DNA from: Vitrella brassicaformis CCMP3155
Lineage: Eukaryota; Protista; Chromerida
Assembly: GCA_001179505.1 (NCBI GenBank)
Contig: CDMY01000366.1
Coordinates: 372,001 to 436,000 of the forward strand
DNA: 64,000 nucleotides
Reading direction: 5' to 3'
Made by a program: the position numbers and the translations under genes. Within the stretch, counting starts at the first letter, position 1, and every line of letters begins with the position of its first letter. The notes under the pieces are model-generated. The model had not been told where the DNA came from, ran no database searches, and saw only the letters and a program-made list of their open reading frames with translations. Below are positions 24,743 to 36,797 of this stretch, in pieces.

Positions 24743-27700
24743 CTAGTCGACTTTGATGGAGCCGTAGATGGCCCGCACAAAGAAGAATGTCGCCACAAAC
24801 CCAATCGCACCTGCACACACACATACACAGAAGACCACCGAGAGAAGTTGGGGCCATTTGTTGGGCTCGCAGTCGCGCGCGTGTGTGTGTGTACCGGTGA
24901 GCAGGAAGAAGGAGTAAGATATGATGGTCATGTAGCCGAAATACAGCAGCACCGACACGAACTTGTTGATGTTCAATCTGCCCACCCACAAGACACACAC
25001 ACACGCACACACACACACACTCACATCCCTCCATCGTCCCGCCTTTCCGTCCTCCGTGCGCATGGCACCTGGTGTAGAAGTAGAGGACGGAGTAGAGGAA
25101 GACGTACACGGCCGAGCACGCAGACGACAGGAACGATCGCCACCACCAGCGGTAATCCTCACTGTGACAAGCGAGGAGGAAACCACACACACACAGGCCA
25201 TCCATCCATGTGGCTCTCTATCTGGCTGTCCCAATTGCTGACATACATACCCGGCGAGTTGGAAGTAGGTGAATGCGATGGAGATCTCAGCGCATGTGAT
25301 GATGAGAATGACCAGCACCAGGGTGAGGAAGCCGAACAGGTAGTAGAACTGGTGCTGCCACATCGACGACATGATGAAAAACAACTCCGTAAACACAGCC
25401 CTGAACGAATGGTGAGTGGGTGGGTGGCACACGCAGATGGACGGACACAATGGCGACCCTGTTGCTGCATGATGGTGTGTAGTGTACCCGAAAGGCAGGA
25501 CGCCTCCAATTAGGCATGTCATGAGGGGGTGGGTCAGCCAGTGCTGGGGCTGCATTCACGCAACCAGCATCCACACACACACAGAGAGAGAGAGTGGCGC
25601 ACATGGCCGTGTCTTGCTCCCCCCTGTCTGTCTGTCTGTCTGTCTGTGTTGCTTACGGGTATTTGTCTTGGGATCTGGTTGGTGCGGACGGGCAGCGACA
25701 TCGGACCCTTCTTGTAGCCGAAGTACGATCCCTACACACCCACACCCACACACACGTACCGACCTCTGTCTTTACCGACAGGTCGACATGGACGGGGTCG
25801 TGTGTTGTGTCCGTACCATGAAGACTAGGGGCACCGAGATGCCGAACCAGAGCACCAGCAGCAAAAACATGGTCGAAAACGGCACCTGCACACGAAGCAA
25901 AATGCTGTGCACACGTCGTCTCGCCTTGCGTATGGGCTGCCAGCGTACCGCGCCTGACGACTGCTCTCCCCAGATGAGCAGATCCAGGGTGAAGAATATC
26001 CCAAATGTGACGGCTGTATATAACATTACACAGTCATGTGAGATCTTGGATCGGTGCTCTGTGCGTGTGTGTGTGTGTGCATCCAGACCTGGGAACAGCA
26101 GCGCTGTGTACAGCGTGACGGTGTGGCTCCGCTCGCAGTCGTCACCCTGCACACAGAACAGAAGACCAACAGACAGAACAGCACGTATGTGTGTTGGCTG
26201 CACGGCAGACTGACAGCACAACTGCTGGCTGACCTCCATGACGTTGTTGAACCTGGCTGCCGTGTAGCCGGCAAAGAAGCCCATGAACGTAAACAGCACC
26301 AACATGGCCTGAAGCAGAACCACACGACACATAAATCGACACATACGGCGCTTCTGTGCTCTCGCATTGACAGACCTGCAAGAGGCCGCCTCTGTGTGCG
26401 GGTGAGAGCAGGCCGAGTGCCGCGAAGACGAGCGTGACGCAGGTCATGCCGAGGATCTGCACGCCCGATCCGGTGCACACGGCCAGCATCTGGTAGTAGG
26501 GGGGCCGCCGGAACACGTCACCGTGCACCAACTTCCAACCCGACTCCTCCTGGGCCTCCTCCAGCGAGTCTACCATCTAAAACACAGACAGACACACGCC
26601 ATCGTGCATCAGGTGTGGATGTGTGTGTGTGTGTCTGTGGTCGTGCGTCTACCTCGTTGTATTTGGCGATATCCCTTAGGAGAGTTCGCAGGAGGATCAT
26701 GGCGACCATGCCGGAGAGGAAGAGGACGACCATGAGGGAGTTGATGATGGAGAACCAGTGGATCTGGCTGTCAGTCATCTTCAGGTACATGTCCCAACGA
26801 GACGCCCACTTGACGGGGGACGGCTGCACACAGACACAGACACGGACGCCAACCCACCGACAGCAAGACTCATGCATGCCACGTGCGACAACGGGTGCTT
26901 TCTTGTAGTGTGGCTAGCTGGTGCTGACCTCCCATCTGACGTCATAGGTGAAGACCACCGAGTCGGCCTTCTCCACATTCAATGTGGGACCTGCGCACAC
27001 ACACACACACACACACATGCGCGCACACACACACATAACAGACACACGCAACGCCGGTCACGGCACCACCGCACAGCCAGCCCTTCCCACTGCTCACCGC
27101 TGCACGAGTAGGTGGGGTTGGTCTCGTCGGCAGACACCGGATGCTCAATACTGCACACACACGATCAGCCCATGTAAGCACACACCACGAGACCTTCCTT
27201 CCCTCCCTCTCCCTGGCCCGCCTCACCTGACGGGCTCGACTTCGAATCCGACAATCCTGGCAGCCTCGGTGCCGCCGGTGTCACTGCGGCTGTGGTACTT
27301 GAACGTCATGCGCACGTGGTTGTGCAGCACGTAGGCGCCCTGCAGCGGCTGGCCGACCGGGAAACCCGCCAGGTAGCCCGTCTGGTCGCCCGCCTTGTAC
27401 TTCATAGCCGCGGGAAGGTTGTCCACTATCCTGAATGGATGCGGGTGGGGGAGGCGGGGTGTGTGAACGCATCGACACACATCCGTTGTGCGTGTGTGTG
27501 CGGACTGACCAGTTGACGTAGTATTCGTCGTCGATCATGGTTTTGAAGAGGTCCTTTTCCTTCTTCTTGAGATCCTTCTTGCACAGCACCTTGCACTCCA
27601 CTGGCATGAGCATCTCAATCTGCATGATACACACACACATCCACAGAGAGATGCACACATGTCGTCCAGATCAACGCTCACCTCATACGGCGAGTTTTCG

Positions 27701-28030
27701 ATGACATCTCCCTGTAGGATCTCGCCCAGGTTCTCTGCCTCGTTCTTGATGTCCTCGGGCGTGCAGAAGGGCAGATGGTAGTACTTGTACGGCAGCTGCG
27801 TCTTGACGCTCGTCAGCTTGTTCACTTTCAGCTTCACAGGAGCTCCCCGCTCGTAATCCTTCACGCCACACACAAAGGCACAGCATTGGTGAGTGTGCCA
27901 ACCCCTGCCTGCCTATCGGTGTCTTTCTCACCCGTGGCGCCACTCCTGGCAGGTACCAGCCATCCACCAGGTGTGTCAGGATTCCCAGGGCGACGAGCAG
28001 GGCTACCGACAGTCGAGTGGTCGTCAGCAT
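24743..28030 (-). CDS. TM9SF: Transmembrane 9 superfamily / endomembrane protein 70 (TM9SF2/4, EMP70-like); more than a dozen introns
   Basis: Signal peptide then [11 protein letters not shown]; [23 protein letters not shown]; [17 protein letters not shown]; [17 protein letters not shown]; [13 protein letters not shown]; C-terminal IYGSIKVD* (KxD/E Golgi motif). Confidence 0.97.
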
Positions 28031-28235
28031 CTTGACACGAGATGCGTTGCGTTGGCGCAAGCTGGCGACGCGCGTGGGACTCTCCGTCGAGAGCGCGGGC
28101 AGGAAGGTGAGCCCTGACCGTTGACCAAGGAGGCGCAACCAAACGCTCTTTCCTTCACAAAAACGGCTCAGGAGCCCCTGATAGGCTGATCCCTGAGCTA
28201 TATACTGAGGTTTCAGACTTCACTGCCCCCTCAGC

Positions 28236-31200
28236 ATGCAAGCTCGCAGCCCCCAGGGCCCCCGAGACGGGACACGCGTCAAAACAGCTATCGTCAGGAT
28301 GCGTCGTATGCGCCTGATAGAGCCGTCCTCCAAGGGCATCGAGGTCTCAAAGCGGAGGCTGGTGGTGGTGCAGGGCGGCGCCCCCCTGGTGGACTTCTAC
28401 CACATCTCTCTCAGCACCAAGCCCGAGTCGCCCGTGGTGATCTCCATCAGAGCCAACCTAGGCGCCGTGGCCGTGCGGCCAGACACATTGCAGTTCAAAC
28501 CCAACGACTACCACCAGCCGAGGCAAGTGGTCGTCCTCACCGACAGTGTCGCATCTGCCAGCCAGAGGGGCTGCGGGGGGGCGGGGGGCGGCGGCGCCTC
28601 AGAAGAGATCGATCTCCTGCACTACGTCACATCTCAGAGCGAGGATCTGGACTCCCTCTTCTTCAAGTCGATTGTCTATGTGGTGGAGAGCGGCGCTGGG
28701 GCTGATCTGCTCAAGTCCTTCGGCCATGATGAGTCCCACCAGCTGGGGAGAGGGGGCAAAGCCGTTCCGAAAGGGGGCGGTGTCGGCTCGCCACAGCCCG
28801 TGCGAGGGTTGCCGGTGAAGGGCGGCGTTGCGCAACTTGCAGGAGGTGTCGGCCACAGCTGTGCGGTGATGACGGACGGCACGGTCTACGCTTGGGGGGA
28901 TGGTTCGAGGGGGCAGACGGGACTGCTGGCAAGCAAACCTCCGCCAGCTGGGTACAAAGCCGGCGGCCAAGCGCCAAATGGAGGTGGAGAAGGGGAGGAA
29001 GAATATACGTTGGTGGCTCCTGCGCCGAGTCTTGTCAACGCGCTCGAGAGGGAGTTTGTGGTGCAGGTGGCATGCGGGGCCGCACACACCCTCGTGCTCA
29101 CCGTTGAGGGCAAGGTCTTCGCCTTTGGCCACGCAGCACACGGCCGCCTCGGCCTTCCCGCGTCCCGGCTGCCCCTGATTGAGCGGCAACCGGCAGGAGA
29201 CATCCCCTTCTCACATCCGGCAACACCACATCGGCACTCGAAGCTCACCCTGACACTGCCTCATGGAGCATCAGCTGTCACAATGACGGACCCCAGCCCA
29301 GCGTCTGCCGGCCGGCAGTCGTTTGTCCACCAGGCGTCTATTCTGTCGGGCATAGATGTGCTCGGAACAGAAAGAAAAAGATCTATTGCGGCCCAGTCTG
29401 GTGTGGAGGAGAGGGAGAGGGGAGGCGAGAGGGGCAAGGATGCCCTGGATGACGTCTATGTGTGGAAGCCGACCCTGATTCCTGATCTTCATGACGTCAC
29501 GCATATCTCATGTGGCAAGGCCTTCTCGGCATGCATCGGTACAGCAATTGAAGCAGAGAGAAAGTGAGAGGGATACAAGCTTATCGCGCCTGTCTCTATT
29601 TTCACAGGGATGAACAGAGCGCTATACACGTGGGGCGAGGGGGCCTCAGGCGCACTCGGCACTGGCGACTGCAAAGACTACTGGACGCCACAGTGTGCCA
29701 AGGGACCAAAGAGAGGATTTCTGCAGGTGGCCTGCGGCCGCTTTCATTTGGTGGCTCTGAGTGTTTCGGGAGAGGTATACTCAACTGGCGCCGCTGAGGA
29801 GGGTCGCCTGGGCCTGGGCGACGTCAAACAGCGCAGAATGCTTACCAAGTGACGGTCACACACACACTCACACAGAGGGAGACCTCTGTGTGCACACCAG
29901 CACGTGTGTGTCCAGGGTGTGGCGGATCCCCCTGTGTCGGCTGATAGCGTCCGGTGGTGCCCACAGCGGAGCGATAGACGAGGAGCTGAATGTGTGGGTG
30001 TGGGGCAGCAACAACTGCGGACAGCTCGGCGTGAGCGACAAGTGCGACCACCCCAACATTCACAATCAGTGCGTGCCCAGGAAGCTGGAGTTCTTCAAAG
30101 TAAGTTTATGCCAAGGAGAAAGAGGCACTAGCTCTATGCCAAGGAGAAAGAGGCACCGGCTCAATCCCATACGTGTGTCTCAGGGCAAGGGCGTGTGCTC
30201 CCTCTCGTTCGGTGCCTCACACAGCTGTGCCCTGACGTTGTTCGGTCTGCTGTACACCTGGGGCAGCCACGAGTGGGGGCAACTGGGCCATCCATTCAGA
30301 CCTGACAGACCAGAGAACCAGGTTAAAAGAGATGCACGGACAGCAGCTGATTGACTCTTTCATGTCCTGTCTCATTTCATGTAGGTCCAGCCTCAGCTTG
30401 TTGAGGACTTGCTGCTCCAGCCGGTCGTGCAGGTGGCTGCCTGCGAGTCACACACATTTGTCGCATCGGCATTCGTCCACACCAATATCAACAAGCCGAA
30501 ATTCGACGTACGCTGACATCTAAAGGTTGCTGCGACATTGAGTACCGTTCCACCTCTTTGTATGGATAGGCGTGGAAGGCAAAGGTCCGGGCGGCTGATG
30601 AGGCGCACCGACGTTCTGCGGATGTGGACTTCCGTGACTTGCTCGAGGACGAAAGGAGACATGAGGTAATAACGGCGCGCAGTGCTATTGAACCCCAATC
30701 ATGCCTTCTTTTGGTCGCTTTGCCTGCTAGGCCAAGATCGCGTCGATCCGCTTCTCAACCAAGTACGACAGATGGCTGCGAGGCAAGGAGACCTTCAGAC
30801 AAAGGTGAGCGGGAGTCGCTCCCACGTCAAGCACTTGAATGGCACACTCTCATTTCCACTGCAGGCAGCGCATGCGTCAGGATGCCGCGCGCGAGATGAA
30901 GGAGCAGGACGCAGAGAAGGCCGCCTCGCCCCCATCTTCCGCCCTGCCCCGTCCCCTCCGCGCATTGCTGCCTCCCCCGTCTCGCGAATCGGCCGGCTCT
31001 TACGGAGGGGTGAGGGCCATACTGCAGGAGCTCAAGCCGCCGCACTTCAAGGTTCCCGCCCCACTTGCACTTTCGCTGCGTCCGTTTTGGGATCTCACCG
31101 ACGAGCCCGATGCATCCATCCTCATGGATGCCGGCGTCAAGGGCATGCACGAGATGCCTCCGTCGGCCTCTGCGTCCTCTCATCCCGTGTCGCGAGGCCG

Positions 31201-32130
31201 CTTCCCGCCGTCAAGCAGCGGCAGAGCCCCTGACGTGACAGAAGACGAGAGCACGGAACAGGGCAAGCACAAGAGGAGAGAATGCGCTTTGGTTTGGTCT
31301 GTGTCACATTCATTTGGTGCATTGATATTCAGGCGCCGGCTCGAAAACGGATGAAGGCTCTGCGCCCGATGACTTTGAAGGCGACATGCTCAGAGATGCC
31401 TTTGGTGGTGAGCTGCCCACCATCCCTCGCTGTCGTATCAGGGGCGGCAGGCCTGTGGGCCCACAGGGCGGCCTCGAGGAGGCGACCGCTGGCCGTGAGG
31501 TGACTTTGTTCGACATGCCGCAGAAAAGCTCCTACAGCACTCTTCTCGTCGGTTTCATGAGGCCGTCAGAAGTCGTGAGGGTCAGCAGAGAAAAGTAGCC
31601 ACACATGTCTCCATCGAGAGGTCGTCTTTGCCACTGCAGGCGTCTGCCGCTGGGTTTCACTTGTCGAATCTGAGCTCGGTGCTGGCACCTCCGAGGCGGG
31701 CAAGCCACCATGCCCATCATCAGCTGTCTCAGCTGCAGACACTAGAGGTAACCACACGAAAAGGAGCGAGCGACTTGTGGTGACCACACACCTCGATGTT
31801 GTCTGTCTGTTTCAGTTGTACAATATCCCGCCCGCATTGATGTCCGGCCCTGATAATGTCATGCGAGTCGATGACCGGCGCAAAGGGGACGTGAAGCGGC
31901 CGTCGACACAGATCACAAAGCTGGCTGTGCCCACAGGAGAGAACGCCCTATCCACAACTGAATCTGCCGCTTCTTCTGCGGCTTCCTCGGCGGAGAGGTA
32001 CGCCGATGATGGTCCTGGTCTGTGGAGGGACGACGAGGAAAAAGACCTGTGGGCACTGCAGTGCAAGACACCATACGTGTCGTTCTTCGGGCAAGCTTTT
32101 GACTCCTATGAGGGGGCGGGGCCGTGGTGA
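28236..32130 (+). CDS. RCC1-repeat (7-blade-like) protein with N-terminal Ig-like module and low-complexity C-terminal region
   Basis: RCC1 repeats include GGVGHSCAVMTDGTVYAWGDGSRGQTG, ACGAAHTLVLTVEGKVFAFG, ACGRFHLVALSVSGEVYSTG, SGGAHSGAIDEELNVWVWGSNNCGQLG and FGASHSCALTLFGLLYTWG. Spliced frame can be followed to TGA at 32128-32130. Confidence 0.85.
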
Positions 32131-32214
32131 TGGAAGGCTCATCGATTCATTCATTAGTGCACTCATTCACAGACGTGTCTCATGGCTGAATACGTATACA
32201 CGATCGATCGATCA

Positions 32215-32341
32215 TGTATGTGTGTCTGTGTGTGTGTCTGTGTGTGTGTCTGTGTGTCTGTGTGTGTGTCTGTGTGTGTGTCTGTGTCTGTGTGTGTGTC
32301 TGTGTGTGTGTCTGTGTGTGTGTGTGTGTCTGTGTGTGTGT
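32215..32341. repeat. Compound (GT)n/(GTGTCT)n microsatellite, about 125 bp
   Basis: Almost pure G/T/C run tgtgtctgtgtgtgtgtctgtg... between the RCC1 and RING genes. Confidence 0.95.
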
Positions 32342-32442
32342 CGAGTATACGTACACGAATGCTGTTCCCTGTACAAGCGTGCTTTTATGCCCTGAGCAGC
32401 TGTCCTTTCTTCCACTGATGTTGCCTGACTGATGTTTGTATC

Positions 32443-33562
32443 ATGACTCGGGTCAAGACCACAAGACGGCTGCTCGAGGGTCCGAATGCAGAGAAGCAGG
32501 TGCGCACTCTAGATCTGTGTCTCGTGTGCTTGTCCCATTCTGCTTGATTCTGCTTTTGCTGTAGGCGGTGCTCCGTCGCTGCGGCAAGCCCAACCGACTG
32601 ATTCTTCAGAAGAATGCTTCTCTGTTTGCTCGGGCTGTCAACATCGGCCGCACTTTTCTACGCGTGACCACTGGCGGGCTGCTGTGTGCAGACCACAACA
32701 CCAACAATCAGCAGCGTCGTGTCAGCTGTTCGGCTCAGCAAGCACAGCACGACGTGAGTGATAGAATGGGTCACAGACACTCAGAAAAGCGACCAATCAC
32801 TCAATCATGCACTGCGTCTGTGTGTAGGATGATGGTGAGGATTTGATCACATTCGACGGCTCCCCGACGCAGTCACACCACCACCACCTCCCAGCAGCAG
32901 CAGCAGCACCCAGCCACTCCCGCCGTATCGACATTCACTCTCTGCGTCTCTCTCAACACACACGCGGCACTCGCTTGTCGGGTCGTCTGCTCTTCAGCCC
33001 CTCATCTGTCAGCTCGCGTGCGTTCCACAGTGCCCAATCCAACCAGTCGTGGTTCGATGAGTGCATGGGCGAGGGAGCGACAGAGGGCGAGGGGGCGGCC
33101 GAGGGAGACGAGGGCTCTGCTGACGAGGACAAGGGCGACTCGTGTCGCCTCTGCTGGGCTCGGCTGACCGAAGAGGCGTTTCACTGGTGCGCATCGATCA
33201 TGTGCGTGTCCATCTGTGTGTTGTGTTGTGTTGCGTTGTGTTGTGTTGTGTACAGGACGGAGGACACAACTCTGTTCACGCTCGAGTGCGGCCACACCTT
33301 CCACACAGCCTGCCTCAAGGAGAAGACATGTGAGTGTGGCTGGCTGACATATACACGCCCTTCGCTCATGAATGTCTCTGTGTGTGTATTGTCCCCTTTC
33401 CAGCCCGTCGCGAGACCATGAGACGCCAGCTGTGTGACGTGTGCTATGCGCCCATCTCGGCCACAGACAAACTCACCATCGCCAAGCAATTCAAACAAGT
33501 CGACAAGGCAGTAAGCAGACCCCACGTGCACTGTTTCTCACCTGCACCTCAGATCGAAGGGG

Positions 33563-33598
<36 letters not shown>

Positions 33599-33632
33599 GG
33601 CTCGAGCGAAGCACAAGAGGCCGCCCAAGTGA
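32443..33632 (+). CDS. RING-H2 finger protein (probable E3 ligase); 6 exons; start uncertain
   Basis: Splicing gives CRLC-WARLTEEAFHWTEDTTLFTLE-CGHTFHTAC-LKEKTSRRETMRRQL-CDVC (C3H2C3). Last exon ARAKHKRPPK* ends at 33632. Confidence 0.8.
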
Positions 33633-33807
33633 TGAGGAGTGTGTCCATCCATGGCACATCGCACCGATACATGACATACAAACCTGACAGAACGCGTCTG
33701 TGACATTCGTGAAGTGTGCGTCCGACTGAAGTGTGTGCGCATGGATCTGTCTGGTTGAGGGGTCATGACGCGACGACTCCCCACCTTGATATTGTCGTCG
33801 AGATTAG

Positions 33808-33835
33808 GAGACAAACCCTAAGAGACAAACCCTAA
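33808..33835. promoter_or_regulatory. Tandem 14-bp repeat GAGACAAACCCTAA x2 with telo-box-like AAACCCTA, upstream of the ATG at 33876
   Basis: Read directly. AAACCCTA is the plant/apicomplexan-type telomere unit that acts as the telo-box promoter element in plants; function here is inferred. Confidence 0.55.
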
Positions 33836-33875
33836 ACATAAATTGAATTCCGCAGCAGCTCTTGCCGCTGCCGCC

Positions 33876-35557
33876 ATGTCGGTGCGTGAGAGCGGGGAGG
33901 TGCCTGAGGACCCGGCAGCCGTCCTTCTGGACCCTCGACAGCGTGCGCTGAGGGCCGAGGAGGCCGACAAAGCGCAGAAGGGCCTGGCCGCTGAAGCTGC
34001 CCATCTCAAGGAACAGAGGAACGCCGCACTGCGTCAAGTGGACAGTCTGCACGAGCATCTCAAGGCCATGAGGGAGCCCAGAAGCGCCTGGCCGCTGAGG
34101 CTGCCCATCTCAAGAAACAGAGGAACGCCGCAGAGCAGCAGCTGCGTGGCTCAAGAAACCGTGGGTGAGTGAATGGCCACGCCAGGCTTTCACTATTAAT
34201 TGCCTGTGTGTCACACGTGTCAGGACCTGAAGACCAAGTGTGACACACAGGAGCATCGCAACAATGACCTCACGCACGCACTCTCAGTCAAGGAACGGGA
34301 CCTCAGCACAACAGCCGACGAGCAGCGCCAAGCGCTGTGTGTCGTGTCAGTACGTGTCAGCGCTTATCGACCGTAATGCCGTGCAGGAGGCCGCCACTCG
34401 GGAGAAACGGTTGGCCGAGGAGGAGGTGCAGCGAAGCACCGCCAGCACACAGGTACGTCCCTCCCCATCACTCACCTCCCGTCACTCACCTCACAATACA
34501 TACTTACAATGAATAAGCAGCCCAGCCCCCTAAATTGATAGTGTCTTGTGTCTGGCTGGCGATTTTGTTTCATCTTTCTAGGCGGAGGTCTCTCGCTTGC
34601 AGAACCTGCTGAAAGAGGCGCAGGAGGTCAGCCAGTCAGTCAGTCAGCGCCCCCGGTCTCCCTCATGTACATTTGTTGTGTCAGGAGGGAGGCCGAGATG
34701 GACCGAAATGCCGCCACCCAGGCAGCCCGCCCCCTCCTGCCAGTGGCCTCGCCGACCCCCACGGCCACCCCCAGCCCCACCAGCCCCGCCACCACAGTGG
34801 TCCTCGAGGACATGCTGGCCCAGGCTGTTGCCGCCGGCATCGCACCAACGCTGGAGGTAGGACTGCACCGTCACCATGCAGACAGGAACACGCTTTGATG
34901 GATGCGTGTGTGATTGGTTTTTCCGTTCATCCATCAGGAGCTCAAGGAGCGCAAGCGCGCGGCCTGAGGGAATATCTGGGCACCCTGCAGCCAGCCGCCA
35001 CCCCCCCGCCACCCCCCCGCCAGACCGAGGCGCTCAGAAGGCACCATCAGGGTGAGTGAGTCTATGTGGACGCCTACGCCGAAGGACACATGTGTGTGTG
35101 CCTGTTGTGTGTGTCAGGTGATCTGCCCTCAGTACCCTTCAGCGGCGACGAGCCTCTGGACTCGCTGCCGACGAGACCCAGACGGAGGCCCATCCTGCAC
35201 GCACTACGGTCGTCGTTCATCTCATCTGTCCGTCGTGCTGTGCTGTGCGTCACCAGATCGCCTGAACTCATGTTTGATCTCCTGCCTGCCTGTGAACGAG
35301 CCTCGTGTGTGCAGATCGCTGTCTCCATTTTATATCCGTATGTTCCTGCAACCATCGATTCCGCGCAATGTCCGGCAGGTGCACGAGGGGCTGCGACCCT
35401 TGCCGATAGGGAGAGGGGGGCTGTGCTGCCTGCCTGCCGGCCGGCCTGTCTGTCTCTCTCTCTCCCCCATTATTCCCCCATCCATCGCTGCCTGCATTTT
35501 ATATCTGACGTTTGTGTGATCCGTTTGCGATGCCTGTCTCCTCGACAGATGACTTGA
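33876..35557 (+). pseudogene. Coiled-coil protein gene with apparent frameshifts (pseudogene or assembly indels)
   Basis: gccgccATG at 33876. The internal 45-bp repeat is out of frame by 1 nt. In-frame TGA at 34965-34967 is followed by coding-like sequence and intact splice sites in another frame. Confidence 0.5.
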
Positions 35558-35691
35558 GTGGCCGACAAACAAAGACGTGCAGTTTGATGAATAAATGCAT
35601 ATACTATGAAACGCTGTGTGCCGGACGAGTCATACGTTCATCAAATGCGCGTGCGTGTTGAATTTGGTCACCAAACACACGCACACACGCA

Positions 35692-35726
35692 CACACATAC
35701 ATACATACATACATACATACATACAC
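35692..35726. repeat. (ACAT)n tetranucleotide microsatellite
   Basis: acacatacatacatacatacatacatacatacac read directly. Confidence 0.9.
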
Positions 35727-35847
35727 TCACACAGGAAGTGTGGCCGTCTCCGCTCATCTACTGAAGGTCCAATATGTGCTGCACCCTGCAGTCGGAACAG
35801 ACAGCCCACCACATGCAACCATGTGCTGGATTGAGGACTCATGTCTC

Positions 35848-36566
35848 TCACATTTTGTTGACGTCAGCATACGGTATCGCGCCGCTGCCCTGCTTGACCT
35901 GCAGATACTTGAACGCATCATCAACCTCACCCTCCTGCAACACACCAGCACACAACACACACACCAAAGATCCACCCACCCACCGCTTTCCGTCCATGCC
36001 TCCTCCTCCTGTCCACCGTCATTCTGTCGCCACACGTCGTGAGTGCCGTCATCAACATATTGGCATCGATGACGCCACCCTGCGACTCATCCAACACCTG
36101 AAAGCAACGGAGTCAATGACACCAGCAGGTCGTGGAGGTGCCGGTTATCACCCTGAACGCGCGCATGAGGTTCGACTCGTCCTTCGCTACGGGCGATCCA
36201 TCCCCGGCCGCATAGTACTCCGCCGCGATGGCCATAAACTCCGTCTTAGTCACCTCCCTGCCACGCAACCCTGCTCCCCCAACACCCCCCCAACAGCCCC
36301 AAGAGCCTCACTTCAACTCGCATGGAGCATCCGTTGACATTCACCTGTCATCTTGTCCTTCATTTCCTCCTCCGTGAAGCACTGCCCGAGGGCCCGCAGG
36401 CAGTTGGGAACCTCAGCGATGGATATCTTGCCAGATTTGGCCCTGTCGTAGAAGCAGAACACCTCATCCACCTCACGCCTCTGAAGGCCTCGAAAGGACA
36501 CAACCAGAGAGCGTAAACGACCGAGCGAGTCCTCACGCATACCTGAGAGGCTGTCAAGGCCTCCAT
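35848..36566 (-). CDS. Calmodulin-like / myosin light chain-like EF-hand protein; 5 exons
   Basis: Spliced: MEALTASQRREVDEVFCFYDRAKSGKISIAEVPNCLRALGQCFTEEEMKDKMTGLRGREVTKTEFMAIAA...NLMRAFRVLDESQGGVIDANMLMTALTTCGDRMTEGEVDDAFKYLQVKQGSGAIPYADVNKM*. Colinear with calmodulin. Confidence 0.9.
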
Positions 36567-36797
36567 TCTGGCCCCGGAAAGAGGGATCGCCTTTGCGAGC
36601 TATTCCTTTTTGCGAGCTAGGCGCGCGGGTCCTCCTCCCTCCCTCTTTCCTCCTCCCCTTTCCTTTTTCTTTCGCCCGCTCGGCGTTCAGTGCGTTCGCC
36701 ACCCCCACACCATCCTCAGTGGCGCATTTCATCAAGCTTGTGTCCCCCTCGGGCTGGCCCTTACCCGCAGTCTTTTCTCAGCTGATCAAGAGGAGCC

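Noticed and set aside
36169-36178. tRNA T-loop-like GGTTCGACTC
   Set aside because: Lies inside an exon of the CaM-like gene on the other strand; no acceptor stem, D-arm or A-box around it.
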